Positions 20,623 through 29,849 of a DNA stretch of 64,000 nt are shown here, piece by piece. The notes under the pieces were generated by a model that was not told the origin of the DNA, did no database searches, and worked only from the letters and a program-made list of their open reading frames with translations. The stretch lies in assembly GCA_035913795.1 (NCBI GenBank), contig JAMIIA010000094.1, positions 20,684 through 84,683 of the forward strand, written 5' to 3'. The translations under genes were made by a program, and so were the position numbers. Numbering within the stretch: position 1 is the first letter of the stretch; every line of letters begins with the position of its first letter. Source of the stretch: Bacteroidales bacterium. GTDB lineage: Bacteria > Bacteroidota > Bacteroidia > Bacteroidales > UBA10428.

Positions 20623-22413
20623 TCAGGCATCGCCTGTAATTTCGATTAGCCTGTTGCGGTAGGCAGAAAAAAGCTTCGATTTCGAGATAAAACCTAAATA
20701 CACCCCGTTTTGTAACACGGGAAGATTCCAGGTATCGGTAGTTTCGAATTTGAGCATTACCTCATCCATGGGTTCATTCACTTCTACCACAGCAGAGGGG
20801 CGAAACATCAGGTCGCGCACCGAAGCAGAATCGTATAAATCGGAATTAAATATCAAATGCCGGATATCGTCGAGCAGCACTACACCCAGCAGCATTCCCT
20901 GATCGACCACTGGAAAGATATTTCGTCTTGAGCGGGCAATGGCTTCAATTAAATCGCGCAGCTTGGCTTGTGGATGAAGAATTTCAAAATCTGTTTCGAT
21001 GAGTTTTTTCACACTGATCAAGGTAAGAACCGCCTGGTCTTTATGATGGGTTATAAGCTCCTTGCGCTCAGCCAATCGTTTATGATAAATAGAATGAGGT
21101 TCGAAATAAATTATGGTGATATAGGCAATGGTAGAGGTAATGAGCAAAGGGATAAAAAGTTCATATCCGCCGGTAATTTCAGCAATAAGAAACACTGCGG
21201 TAAGAGGGGCATGCATCACTGCCGCCATCATGCCTGCCATACCCACTACTGAGAAGTTGCGCTCAGAAACCTGAATGAAAGTAAATAAATTAATGACCCT
21301 TGCCACCAGGTAACCGGCTATTCCTCCCATAAAAAGTGTAGGGGCAAAAATACCTCCTACTCCACCGGCACCAGTGGTAATGGCAGTTGCAGCCACTTTA
21401 AACACCAGTATTAATGCCAGAAAGAGTACCATCACCCACACCTGATGTGCATGACCGTAGAAAATGCTTCCATACGTCAACTCCTCGGGGTTACCATTTA
21501 GCAGGGCATCGAGCGAGATATATCCTTCGCCGTAAAGTGGAGGAAAGATTAAAATAATGATCCCTAAAAGTGTACCACCGGTAATCCATTTGGCAAAGTT
21601 GTTTTTAAACCTCTTAAATGCCCCTTCGATGTAGATAACACCGCGCGTAAAATAGAGAGATACAAAACCTGTAAATACCCCAAGAAGAATAAAATAAGGG
21701 ATATTCTTCAGCATAAATGGGTGTACTAACTCGAAAGAAAAAATTTCTGCCTTTCCTAACAAAAAATACGAAACTGTTAACCCCGTAACCGCCGATATAA
21801 GTAAAGGAATTAGCGACCACATGGTAAGGTCGAGCATTAAAACTTCGAGAGCAAAAATTACTGCGGCAATTGGGGCTTTAAATATTCCGGCAATGGCTCC
21901 GGCAGCGCCACAGCCAATTAATATTGTTTTTGTTTTGTAATTGAGTTTAAATAAATCGCCAAGAGTTGAACCCATCGAGGAACCAGTAAGCACAATGGGT
22001 GCCTCGAGCCCTACCGATCCTCCAAAACCCACGGTAAGTGTACTGGCCACAAGTGACGAATAAGTATTGTGTTTGCGAAGGGAAGCGCTGTGTTTCGAAA
22101 TAGCAAACAAAATGCGGCTTATGCCATGCCCGATGTTATCCTTCACAAAATATTTGACAAAATACACGGTAAGAATGATACCAACAATAGGAAATAAAAG
22201 ATATACGAAATTGATACGGTCGATGGGTAAGTGGTGAAAAAGGAAATTATGGGTAAAGTGCACCGTGTTTTTTAACAACACTGCGGCCAAACTGCTGATT
22301 ATACCAATTATAAAACTTAAAATATAGATAAACTGCCGATGAGTAAGGCGTTTTTCTTTCCAAACAATAATTTTTAGAAGCCAGCTTCTGAAAGTACGTT
22401 GTAAAAATCCCAT
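20623..22413 (-). CDS. ClC-family chloride channel/transporter with C-terminal CBS pair (paralog B)
   Basis: 596 aa. GHGIS (GSGIP position), GLEAP (GREGP position), GGIFAP, ITGGYEL, then two CBS-like segments. Confidence 0.85.
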   Translation of the reverse strand: MGFLQRTFRSWLLKIIVWKEKRLTHRQFIYILSFIIGIISSLAAVLLKNTVHFTHNFLFHHLPIDRINFVYLLFPIVGIILTVYFVKYFVKDNIGHGISRILFAISKHSASLRKHNTYSSLVASTLTVGFGGSVGLEAPIVLTGSSMGSTLGDLFKLNYKTKTILIGCGAAGAIAGIFKAPIAAVIFALEVLMLDLTMWSLIPLLISAVTGLTVSYFLLGKAEIFSFELVHPFMLKNIPYFILLGVFTGFVSLYFTRGVIYIEGAFKRFKNNFAKWITGGTLLGIIILIFPPLYGEGYISLDALLNGNPEELTYGSIFYGHAHQVWVMVLFLALILVFKVAATAITTGAGGVGGIFAPTLFMGGIAGYLVARVINLFTFIQVSERNFSVVGMAGMMAAVMHAPLTAVFLIAEITGGYELFIPLLITSTIAYITIIYFEPHSIYHKRLAERKELITHHKDQAVLTLISVKKLIETDFEILHPQAKLRDLIEAIARSRRNIFPVVDQGMLLGVVLLDDIRHLIFNSDLYDSASVRDLMFRPSAVVEVNEPMDEVMLKFETTDTWNLPVLQNGVYLGFISKSKLFSAYRNRLIEITGDA

Positions 22414-22416
22414 TCT

Positions 22417-24186
22417 TTAGTGCTCTGAAATGTTCTTTAACAAATCGCGGTAAGCCGAAAACAATTTAGCCCTCGAAACAAACCCCAGGTATTTACCATG
22501 CTGAATAACCACAATGTTGTAGGATCCGCTTTGTTGAAATTTCTGGGCAACCTCCTCCACACTGTCCGAAGTAAATATCACATCGTCGGGAATAAACATC
22601 AAATCGCGGATATAAACCGAATCATACACCTCCTGGTTAAACATTACATGCCGGATATCGTCGAGTTTAATAATTCCCCTAAAAGTGCCATCGGACTCAA
22701 CAACTGGAAATATATTGCGGTGTGCGAATTTAATCACTTCTATCAGATCGGCCATTTTTTGTTCAGGTCTTACCTTGCTAAAATCAGTTTCTATCAACTC
22801 ATTTACGTTCATTAACATCAACAGGGCTTTGTCTTTATGGTGAGTCATAAGTTCGCCTCTTTTCGCAAGCTGAACGGCATAGACCGAATGAGCGACAAAC
22901 AAGCGCGAAGTAGCATAAGCTGCAGTGGATACAATCATCAGGGGAACAAAGAGTTCGTATCCTTTGGTAATTTCAGCTATTAAAAAGATAGAAGTAAGGG
23001 GAGCATGAATTACCGCAGCAATCATTCCGGCCATGCCTACCAGTGCAAAATTACTGGCGGGTAAACTAAAACCGAGTTGAGCAAAAAAACTGGTAAAAAA
23101 CAAACCCGCAATGGCACCTGAAAAAAGCATAGGAGCAAAAATACCCCCAACGCCTCCAATGCCCACGGTAAAAGAGGTCGCCACTACCTTTAGGAGAAGA
23201 ATACCCAGAAAAAGCAGCAAAACCATTATGGCCCCACCCTGATAGGATTCATAGGGTGTTCGAAGGAATAAAAAATCGTAGTTACCCTGCAGACTGGAGT
23301 TGATGACTTCATAACCTTCGCCATAGAGCGAGGGAACAAGAAATATTAAGATACCTAAAAATGTTCCGCCGATAATTAACCTAAAAAAAGGATTGGATAT
23401 CTTTTGAAACAAAGGTGGAATAAACAAAAAAACCTTAATAAAGTAAACCGCTACAATTCCCATAAAAACTCCGAAAACAAGGTAAAAAAGCACCTGGTTC
23501 AGTTCAAATGTTCCTTGTACCATGAAGGAGTATAAATGGTTGTGACCCAGAAAAAGGTAAGAAGTCAACACCGCGGTTACAGAGCTTAACAAAAGGGGTA
23601 CAAGTGCCCACATGGTAAGGTCGAGCATAATTACTTCCAGAGCAAAAACAACTGCTGCCACCGGGGCTTTAAAAATAGATGCCATTGCCCCGGCACAGGC
23701 ACAACCCAAGAGAAGAGTTACCTGCTTGTAGTTCAGATTCAGTATACGACCAATGTTGGAGGCTATACCTCCCCCGGTAGCAATGGTAGGCCCTTCGAGC
23801 CCAGCTGAACCGCCAAAACCCACTGTTATGGCACTCGATATTACCGAAGAAAAAATGTAGTGAAAATCGATTCTTCCCTTTTTGCGCGAAATAGAATGTA
23901 AAACCAGTGGAATGCCCTGCGCTATTGGTCGGCGATTGATATACCGCACAAAAATAACTGTGATTAAAATACCCGCGCTGGGCAAAAACAGGTACCAGAA
24001 AAAGCTTCTGCCCTCAATAAAAACCCTTAGGTTAGTTTCGAGAAGATACACCAGGTTTTTCACGGTTACCGCTGCCAAACCTACCGATAATCCTACAAGA
24101 ACTGATAAAATCATAACCAGTTGCCTGTCGGTTACATGTTGAACCCTCCAGCGGTTAAAACGGTCTGATATTTCCAAAATGCCCAT
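22417..24186 (-). CDS. ClC-family chloride channel/transporter with C-terminal CBS pair (paralog A)
   Basis: 589 aa. AQGIP, GLEGP, GGIFAP, ITKGYEL, then a CBS pair. Its stop lies 3 nt from the start of paralog B. Confidence 0.85.
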   Translation of the reverse strand: MGILEISDRFNRWRVQHVTDRQLVMILSVLVGLSVGLAAVTVKNLVYLLETNLRVFIEGRSFFWYLFLPSAGILITVIFVRYINRRPIAQGIPLVLHSISRKKGRIDFHYIFSSVISSAITVGFGGSAGLEGPTIATGGGIASNIGRILNLNYKQVTLLLGCACAGAMASIFKAPVAAVVFALEVIMLDLTMWALVPLLLSSVTAVLTSYLFLGHNHLYSFMVQGTFELNQVLFYLVFGVFMGIVAVYFIKVFLFIPPLFQKISNPFFRLIIGGTFLGILIFLVPSLYGEGYEVINSSLQGNYDFLFLRTPYESYQGGAIMVLLLFLGILLLKVVATSFTVGIGGVGGIFAPMLFSGAIAGLFFTSFFAQLGFSLPASNFALVGMAGMIAAVIHAPLTSIFLIAEITKGYELFVPLMIVSTAAYATSRLFVAHSVYAVQLAKRGELMTHHKDKALLMLMNVNELIETDFSKVRPEQKMADLIEVIKFAHRNIFPVVESDGTFRGIIKLDDIRHVMFNQEVYDSVYIRDLMFIPDDVIFTSDSVEEVAQKFQQSGSYNIVVIQHGKYLGFVSRAKLFSAYRDLLKNISEH

Positions 24187-24249
24187 GAAATAGCAAATAT
24201 ACCTGTTGAAGTTAAGGAATAAAATTAAAAAAATGCCAATTTTGCAAGC

Positions 24250-25203
24250 ATGGAGCTATTTACACACAACACCATTTGCAGGCTTTTCGAGATTAAATAT
24301 CCTATTGTTCAGGGTGGAATGGTATGGTGCAGTGGATATAGACTTGCTGCCGCAGTGAGCAATGCAGGTGGACTTGGGTTGATTGGCGCCGGGTCCATGA
24401 CACCCGAAATTTTGGAAGAACACATTCAAAAAGCTCGGGCTCATACTCAAAGTCCTTTTGGTGTGAACCTGCCCCTGATGCACAGACAGGCTGCGGCTCA
24501 CATCGAAGTTATTTTGCGGCAAAAAGTAAAAATTGTATTTACCTCTGCAGGCAACCCGGCAGCTTGGACACAGGTGCTTAAAGCCAATGGCTGCATCGTT
24601 GTGCACGTAATAGCCAATACAAAGTTCGCCCAAAAAGCCGCCGATGCAGGTGTTGATGCTATCGTAGCCGAGGGATTCGAAGCCGGCGGTCACAACGGTC
24701 GTGAAGAAACCTCGACCTTTTGTTTGCTTCCTCTTGCAAAAAATTCGGTGAACCTGCCGGTTATTGCTGCTGGTGGACTGTACGATGGCCGATCGATGCT
24801 GGCAAGCTTTGCGCTGGGTGCCGAAGGGGTGCAGCTTGGCAGTCGATTTGCGGTTTGCAATGAATCGTCGGCACACGAAAACTTTAAAAATTACGTTATT
24901 AATTCCACAGAAGGAAGTACCCGCTTGCTCCTGAAGCGATTGATACCTGTGCGGTTGATGCTCAACAACTTTGCCAACCAGGTTATGGAAGCCGAAGCAA
25001 ATGGCTCCTCCATTAACCAATTAGCGGATTTATTGGGTACCGGCCGATGCAAAAAAGGTGTTTTTGAAGGTGACCTGGAGCAGGGCGAATTGGAAATTGG
25101 ACAGGTAGCGGCGCTAATTCATAAAAAAGAATCGGCTTCTGAAATTATCGATCACATTGTGCACACATACAGCGAGGCATTGCTGGAACTAAAAAATAAA
25201 TAG
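24250..25203 (+). CDS. NAD(P)H-dependent flavin oxidoreductase, nitronate monooxygenase / FabK-like family
   Basis: 317 aa. IVQGGMVWCSGYRLAAAVSNAGGLGLIG and AEGFEAGGH...VIAAGG are typical of the NMO/2-nitropropane dioxygenase fold. Confidence 0.78.
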   Translation: MELFTHNTICRLFEIKYPIVQGGMVWCSGYRLAAAVSNAGGLGLIGAGSMTPEILEEHIQKARAHTQSPFGVNLPLMHRQAAAHIEVILRQKVKIVFTSAGNPAAWTQVLKANGCIVVHVIANTKFAQKAADAGVDAIVAEGFEAGGHNGREETSTFCLLPLAKNSVNLPVIAAGGLYDGRSMLASFALGAEGVQLGSRFAVCNESSAHENFKNYVINSTEGSTRLLLKRLIPVRLMLNNFANQVMEAEANGSSINQLADLLGTGRCKKGVFEGDLEQGELEIGQVAALIHKKESASEIIDHIVHTYSEALLELKNK

Positions 25204-25205
25204 TC

Positions 25206-26726
25206 TTGATACGCAAAACAGCAATTTTGATCGTGCTTTTCTTCCTTATGGCCTACCCTCTTCTGGCGCAAAGTTTTCCGGCACCAAAAGTACGCTACAC
25301 CAGCTTCGATGTCAACACAGGATTGATGAACATTGCCTGGGATCCCTCTACTTCTCCGGCTGCACTGGCTTATCAGGTATGGTATTATTATCCGGAAAAA
25401 CCTCCGGTAAATGGCGGATGGCTCGAAGTAGGAAGTCCTGTTGCCGCCACCGACCCCCTGTCTCTTACTTTCGATCCGGCAACTCTCTTGCAGGCAAGCC
25501 CTTTAAATCAGCCTGTAGTGATTGGGGTACAAGCGTATAATTCTTTGGGCAATAGTTTAAACATTCTCGACGAATTCACCTTCGATAGCACTCTCTTTTT
25601 AACCGCTACACACGATAGCTGTCAGGCGAGCATCAATTTAACCTGGAATTCGTTTCGTTTTAAGCAATTCGCGCAACCGGGCACGCTGGAGTATCGCATT
25701 TATCTCTCCGACGATAACGGCCTTAATTACCAACTAATCGAAATCATTCCGGACAGCGAGCAAACCTACCAAATCGAAAGCATTACGGCTAACCAGGATT
25801 ACATCGTGTATGTAGCAGCTGTTTCAGCGAATAACCCTGGCGAAAGGGCCAATTCAAATCTTATAAGCCTGAATACACCCATGTCGGTGATTCCAGCCTT
25901 TGTGCATGCCAATTATGCCACTTACAAGCAAGGATGGGTCGAACTCTCCTTTTCTATAGACCCTCTGGGGGAATTGAATACCTATAACGTGTTGCGATCC
26001 GACACCCCAAACGGAACCTACGCTGCCATGAATACCTTCGAAACAAATGAGAAAGAACTGAACTATACAGACAAGGTCGATTACCTGACTGGCCCCTATT
26101 ATTATAAACTCGAAGTAGTAAACTATTGCGAAATCGCTATACGTCAATCTGCTAACCTGGCCAGCAGCATTCTTCTCGAACGCTCTGGTAGCGAACTGGA
26201 ACCAGTTTTTAAATGGAATGCGTATGAAAATTTTCTGACCGGCACAGCCAATTACCAGCTCGAAAGAAAATTCGGCAATGAATCCTGGAATCAGCTTCAC
26301 AGCAGCCTGAATACGGAGTTTACCGATACCGATCTGGCTTCGCAGGTAGAAAGCAACCAGGCTGCCAGAGTATGCTACCAGCTTACAGCCATCGAAAATT
26401 CGGGATTGAATTCAAGCTTATCAAACCCTGTTTGTTACGATTTACCCGCAAATATTCGTTTCGAATTCGATGCATTTATTCCGGGTTCGGCAGAAAACAA
26501 CAGTTTTGGTCCTACCATCGATTTTATTCCCGATGAGTATGAATTTACAATAATCAATCGTAACGGAGTGGTTGTATTCGAAACCAAAGATCCGGCTCAA
26601 ACCCGCTGGGATGGAATGATCGATGGCAAACCTGCCCCCACAGGAACTTACCAATGCATAGTACAATACCGAATTGGCGATGGTTCGCGCCGGACCCTTC
26701 GTGGAGCCGTTGCAGTAGTTTATTAA
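25206..26726 (+). CDS. Secreted FN3/Ig-like repeat protein with a T9SS type-B-like C-terminal domain
   Basis: 506 aa. TTG start, since the only downstream ATG would cut the signal peptide ILIVLFFLMAYPLLAQ. The C-terminus FDAFIPGSAENNSFGP...WDGMIDGKPAPTGTYQCIV...GAVAVVY resembles the type-B sorting domain but its first motif is degenerate. Confidence 0.6.
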   Translation: MIRKTAILIVLFFLMAYPLLAQSFPAPKVRYTSFDVNTGLMNIAWDPSTSPAALAYQVWYYYPEKPPVNGGWLEVGSPVAATDPLSLTFDPATLLQASPLNQPVVIGVQAYNSLGNSLNILDEFTFDSTLFLTATHDSCQASINLTWNSFRFKQFAQPGTLEYRIYLSDDNGLNYQLIEIIPDSEQTYQIESITANQDYIVYVAAVSANNPGERANSNLISLNTPMSVIPAFVHANYATYKQGWVELSFSIDPLGELNTYNVLRSDTPNGTYAAMNTFETNEKELNYTDKVDYLTGPYYYKLEVVNYCEIAIRQSANLASSILLERSGSELEPVFKWNAYENFLTGTANYQLERKFGNESWNQLHSSLNTEFTDTDLASQVESNQAARVCYQLTAIENSGLNSSLSNPVCYDLPANIRFEFDAFIPGSAENNSFGPTIDFIPDEYEFTIINRNGVVVFETKDPAQTRWDGMIDGKPAPTGTYQCIVQYRIGDGSRRTLRGAVAVVY

Positions 26727-26762
26727 AACATACTGAAATGAAGCGAATTTCATTAATTTTAC

Positions 26763-29060
26763 ATGCACATTTCGGTGCAGGAGGTAACAACAAGTATGTT
26801 CGAAAATTTCCAAATAGAAGAAAAAAGTATTTCCAGTTCGTTCGAGGAGCTTCTTAGCATCAGCAATAACCGATGCTCGCCAGAAGGCATTGAAATGATA
26901 AAAAAGGCCTTTAAGCTGGCCTACGAAGCTCACAAAGGCATGTACCGAAAGTCGGGCGAGCCTTATATTTTGCACCCTTTAGAAGTATCTAAAATCGTAG
27001 GCAGAGACATTGGTCTGGGAGCGAAATCCATTACCTGCGCCTTACTGCACGATGTAGTAGAAGATACCGACTATACCCTTGAAGACATTGGGCGACTATT
27101 TGGCGATAAGATTGCCTCCATCATCGATGGCCTTACAAAAATCTCGGGCGTTTTTGACAACAAATCTTCATTGCAGGCCGAGAATTTCAGAAAAATGCTG
27201 CTTACCCTTTCAGACGATGTAAGGGTAATCCTAATAAAAATTGCTGACAGGCTGCACAATATGCGCACACTTAGCAGCCTTGCGCCCTACAAGCAAATGA
27301 AAATATCGGGCGAGACCATCTACTTATATGCCCCTCTTGCCCACCGATTGGGCTTGTATAGCATAAAAACAGAGCTCGAAGACCTTAGCCTTTTGCACCG
27401 ATACCCCGAAGTGTATAATGAACTATCGGCTAAACTCGAGGCAAACAGCCAGGAACGGGAAGCCTTCCTCGAAGAATTTAAAAAACCAATCGACGAGCGG
27501 CTCAAAACCTATGGTTTGAAATATGAAATTACAGGACGACATAAATCGATTTATTCCATTTGGCAAAAAATGCAGAACAAAAATGTGCCATTTGAAGAAA
27601 TATTCGACCTGATGGCCATAAGAATAGTGTTCGATCCGGATCCAAATTCTGAACTACCCGAAAAAACACAATGCTGGAATATCTATTCGCTTATTACGGA
27701 TATTTTTATGCCTAAACCCGAACGTATACGCGATTGGGTAAGCACACCCAAGGCAAATGGCTACGAAGCCCTTCATGCCACCGTGATGGGGCCAAAAGGT
27801 AATTGGGTTGAAGTGCAGATACGCTCGCGGCGTATGGACGATATTGCAGAAAGGGGATTTGCTGCGCACTGGAAATACAAACACAACGAAGACCAGGAGT
27901 CTGAACTCGATAAATGGATCAAGCAAATTCGCGAGTTGCTTGAAGATCCCAACTCCAATGCCCTCGAGTTTCTCGACGATTTCAAACTGAATCTCTTTGC
28001 TTCCGAAATATTTATTTTTACCCCCAAAGGAGAGATAAAAACACTGCCATCCAATTCCAACGCGCTCGACTTTGCCTACCATATTCACTCGAAAATAGGC
28101 CACAAAGCCATTGGCGCAAAGGTGAATCACAAACTGGTACCCCTTTATTACAACTTAAAAAGTGGCGACCAGGTTGAAATTATCACCTCCGACAAAGTTC
28201 AGCCACGCATGGAATGGCTAAACAGGGTAAATACAGCCAAAGCCAAGTCTACCATCAAAACCCAGCTAAAGGGTGAAATAAAAAACAGGCTTGAAATAGG
28301 CAAGCAACTGCTCGAAGAAAAGTTGCTGGAACTGAAGCTAAAACCAAGTCACCGGATATTCCGAAAATTGCTCCCCAACTACGAAGTTACATCGAAAGAC
28401 GAACTCTATAGCCAGATTGCCACCGGCATCATTAACCTCGAAGATTTAAAGAAAGTACTGAAGAAAAACACGAAAAATAAGTGGATAAACTACTGGGGGT
28501 TTTCTTTTATTGGTAAATCGATACTCGATGAACTAAAGGACGATAGTGCAGAAACAATGGAGGACCCAACCGAACCGCTCCTTGGACCAGTTAAAAAAAA
28601 CGAAACCATTGTACTTGGAGAATCCAGTACAGCCACCGACATCAATTACACAATAGCCCGATGTTGCAAACCTATTCCGGGCGACGATGTAATAGGCTTT
28701 ATCAATGATTTCAATCAAGTAATTATACACAAAACCAAATGCATTGAAGCGGTTAAAGCCTCGGCCAGCCAGGTATCGAGAGTAACCAATGTAAAATGGA
28801 CCTCTCACAAACTCTATTCGTTTTTGGTAAAAATTGCCTTGGCCGGTACCGACCGTTTTGGGGTTTACAACGATATAACCACCGTCATTACCAAACAGCT
28901 TAACGTAAATACGCGCAACATTAACCTCGAAAGCCACGATGGTATCTGGGAAGGTACCATCTCACTATACGTTCACGATACCAAAGATTTAAACAACCTT
29001 ATCATGAACCTTGGCAAAATTAAAGGCGTTAACAGTGTAAAACGAGTCGAAAAAAACTAA
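26763..29060 (+). CDS. spoT: Bifunctional (p)ppGpp synthetase/hydrolase, RelA/SpoT (RSH) family
   Basis: HD hydrolase motif LLHDVVEDT, synthetase region DLMAIRIVF...GYEALHATV...EVQIRSRRMD, then TGS and ACT-like C-terminal domains. An alternative start is ATG 26796 (MFENFQ...). Confidence 0.9.
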   Translation: MHISVQEVTTSMFENFQIEEKSISSSFEELLSISNNRCSPEGIEMIKKAFKLAYEAHKGMYRKSGEPYILHPLEVSKIVGRDIGLGAKSITCALLHDVVEDTDYTLEDIGRLFGDKIASIIDGLTKISGVFDNKSSLQAENFRKMLLTLSDDVRVILIKIADRLHNMRTLSSLAPYKQMKISGETIYLYAPLAHRLGLYSIKTELEDLSLLHRYPEVYNELSAKLEANSQEREAFLEEFKKPIDERLKTYGLKYEITGRHKSIYSIWQKMQNKNVPFEEIFDLMAIRIVFDPDPNSELPEKTQCWNIYSLITDIFMPKPERIRDWVSTPKANGYEALHATVMGPKGNWVEVQIRSRRMDDIAERGFAAHWKYKHNEDQESELDKWIKQIRELLEDPNSNALEFLDDFKLNLFASEIFIFTPKGEIKTLPSNSNALDFAYHIHSKIGHKAIGAKVNHKLVPLYYNLKSGDQVEIITSDKVQPRMEWLNRVNTAKAKSTIKTQLKGEIKNRLEIGKQLLEEKLLELKLKPSHRIFRKLLPNYEVTSKDELYSQIATGIINLEDLKKVLKKNTKNKWINYWGFSFIGKSILDELKDDSAETMEDPTEPLLGPVKKNETIVLGESSTATDINYTIARCCKPIPGDDVIGFINDFNQVIIHKTKCIEAVKASASQVSRVTNVKWTSHKLYSFLVKIALAGTDRFGVYNDITTVITKQLNVNTRNINLESHDGIWEGTISLYVHDTKDLNNLIMNLGKIKGVNSVKRVEKN

Positions 29061-29159
29061 AAATCTTAATAAGTTTCTAGTTAAAAGGTATTCCTTCCTC
29101 ACTGTCATTTCTTATTTATTCTGAATCTAAATTAGAAAATCATATTTCAAAAAAAATAG

Positions 29160-29167
29160 TATATTTG
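29160..29167 (+). promoter_or_regulatory. -7 box TATATTTG upstream of fur
   Basis: Exact TAnnTTTG match 27 nt upstream of the ATG at 29194, in an AT-rich spacer. Confidence 0.4.
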
Positions 29168-29193
29168 AGTGCTATTTTTAATTAGTCTAAATT

Positions 29194-29643
29194 ATGATAT
29201 CCGCAGAAACAAGGGATACCGTAAAAAAAATCTTTACCGATTATTTAGAGAAAAAAGGACACCGGAAAACTCCCGAACGGTATGCTATTCTCGATGAGAT
29301 ATACTCGCGCGAGGGTCATTTCGATATTGAAACCCTGTATATTTTTATGAAGAATAAGAATTACAGAGTTAGCCGGGCTACCTTATACAATACCATAGAA
29401 TTATTACTCGACTGCAACCTGGTTGTTAAACACCAGTTTGGTAAAAACATTGCCCAGTTCGAAAAAGCCTATCGCTGCATACAACACGACCATCTGATTA
29501 ACATCGACAATGGCGAAGTGATAGAATTTTGCGACCCGCGCATGCAGGAGATCATTCGCACAGCCTGCGAACTTAACGGCTTTGAACTCTCTCACCATTC
29601 GCTCTATATTTACGGAAAAAAAAGAGCCGACACCAAGTTTTAA
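29194..29643 (+). CDS. fur: Fur-family transcriptional repressor
   Basis: 149 aa. Winged-helix region [14 protein letters not shown]...[10 protein letters not shown] and metal-site region IQHDHLI...SHH. Both CxxC pairs of classical Fur are absent. Confidence 0.78.
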   Translation: MISAETRDTVKKIFTDYLEKKGHRKTPERYAILDEIYSREGHFDIETLYIFMKNKNYRVSRATLYNTIELLLDCNLVVKHQFGKNIAQFEKAYRCIQHDHLINIDNGEVIEFCDPRMQEIIRTACELNGFELSHHSLYIYGKKRADTKF

Positions 29644-29849
29644 CCTCTTCTTAAAATAGTTTTTGGCAGTTATTAACAGCGCTAAAAACATGCAGAGATT
29701 TTTATTACCTTTCCTTGCTTTTTATGGGTTTTACTATTGGCCATTACTTTGAAATTCTACTCGGCAGTTTTGCTTCAGCAGAGAGTATACAAAGTGCTGG
29801 AAGTCATAGATAGGGCTTAAAAAACACTTAAATTAAAACTATTTATTAG

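Noticed and set aside
20623-24186. The ClC pair as CLC-F fluoride exporters.
   Set aside because: I found no fluoride-riboswitch-like element upstream (24187-24249 is only 63 bp). The proteins carry CBS pairs and a GxEGP gating motif typical of ordinary ClCs. I have no positive evidence for fluoride specificity.
24194-24201. CAAATATA (-7 box, minus strand) only 7 nt upstream of the ClC operon ATG, and a similar CAAAGATA at 14785-14792 only 4 nt upstream of the 14780 ATG.
   Set aside because: The spacing would imply leaderless or near-leaderless mRNAs or a different start codon. This is too uncertain to list as promoter features.
24256-25020. A 254-aa ORF antisense to the NMO/FabK-like gene.
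   Set aside because: The sense ORF has clear family motifs. The antisense translation is low-complexity and Cys/Arg-rich with no motif, so it is a shadow ORF.
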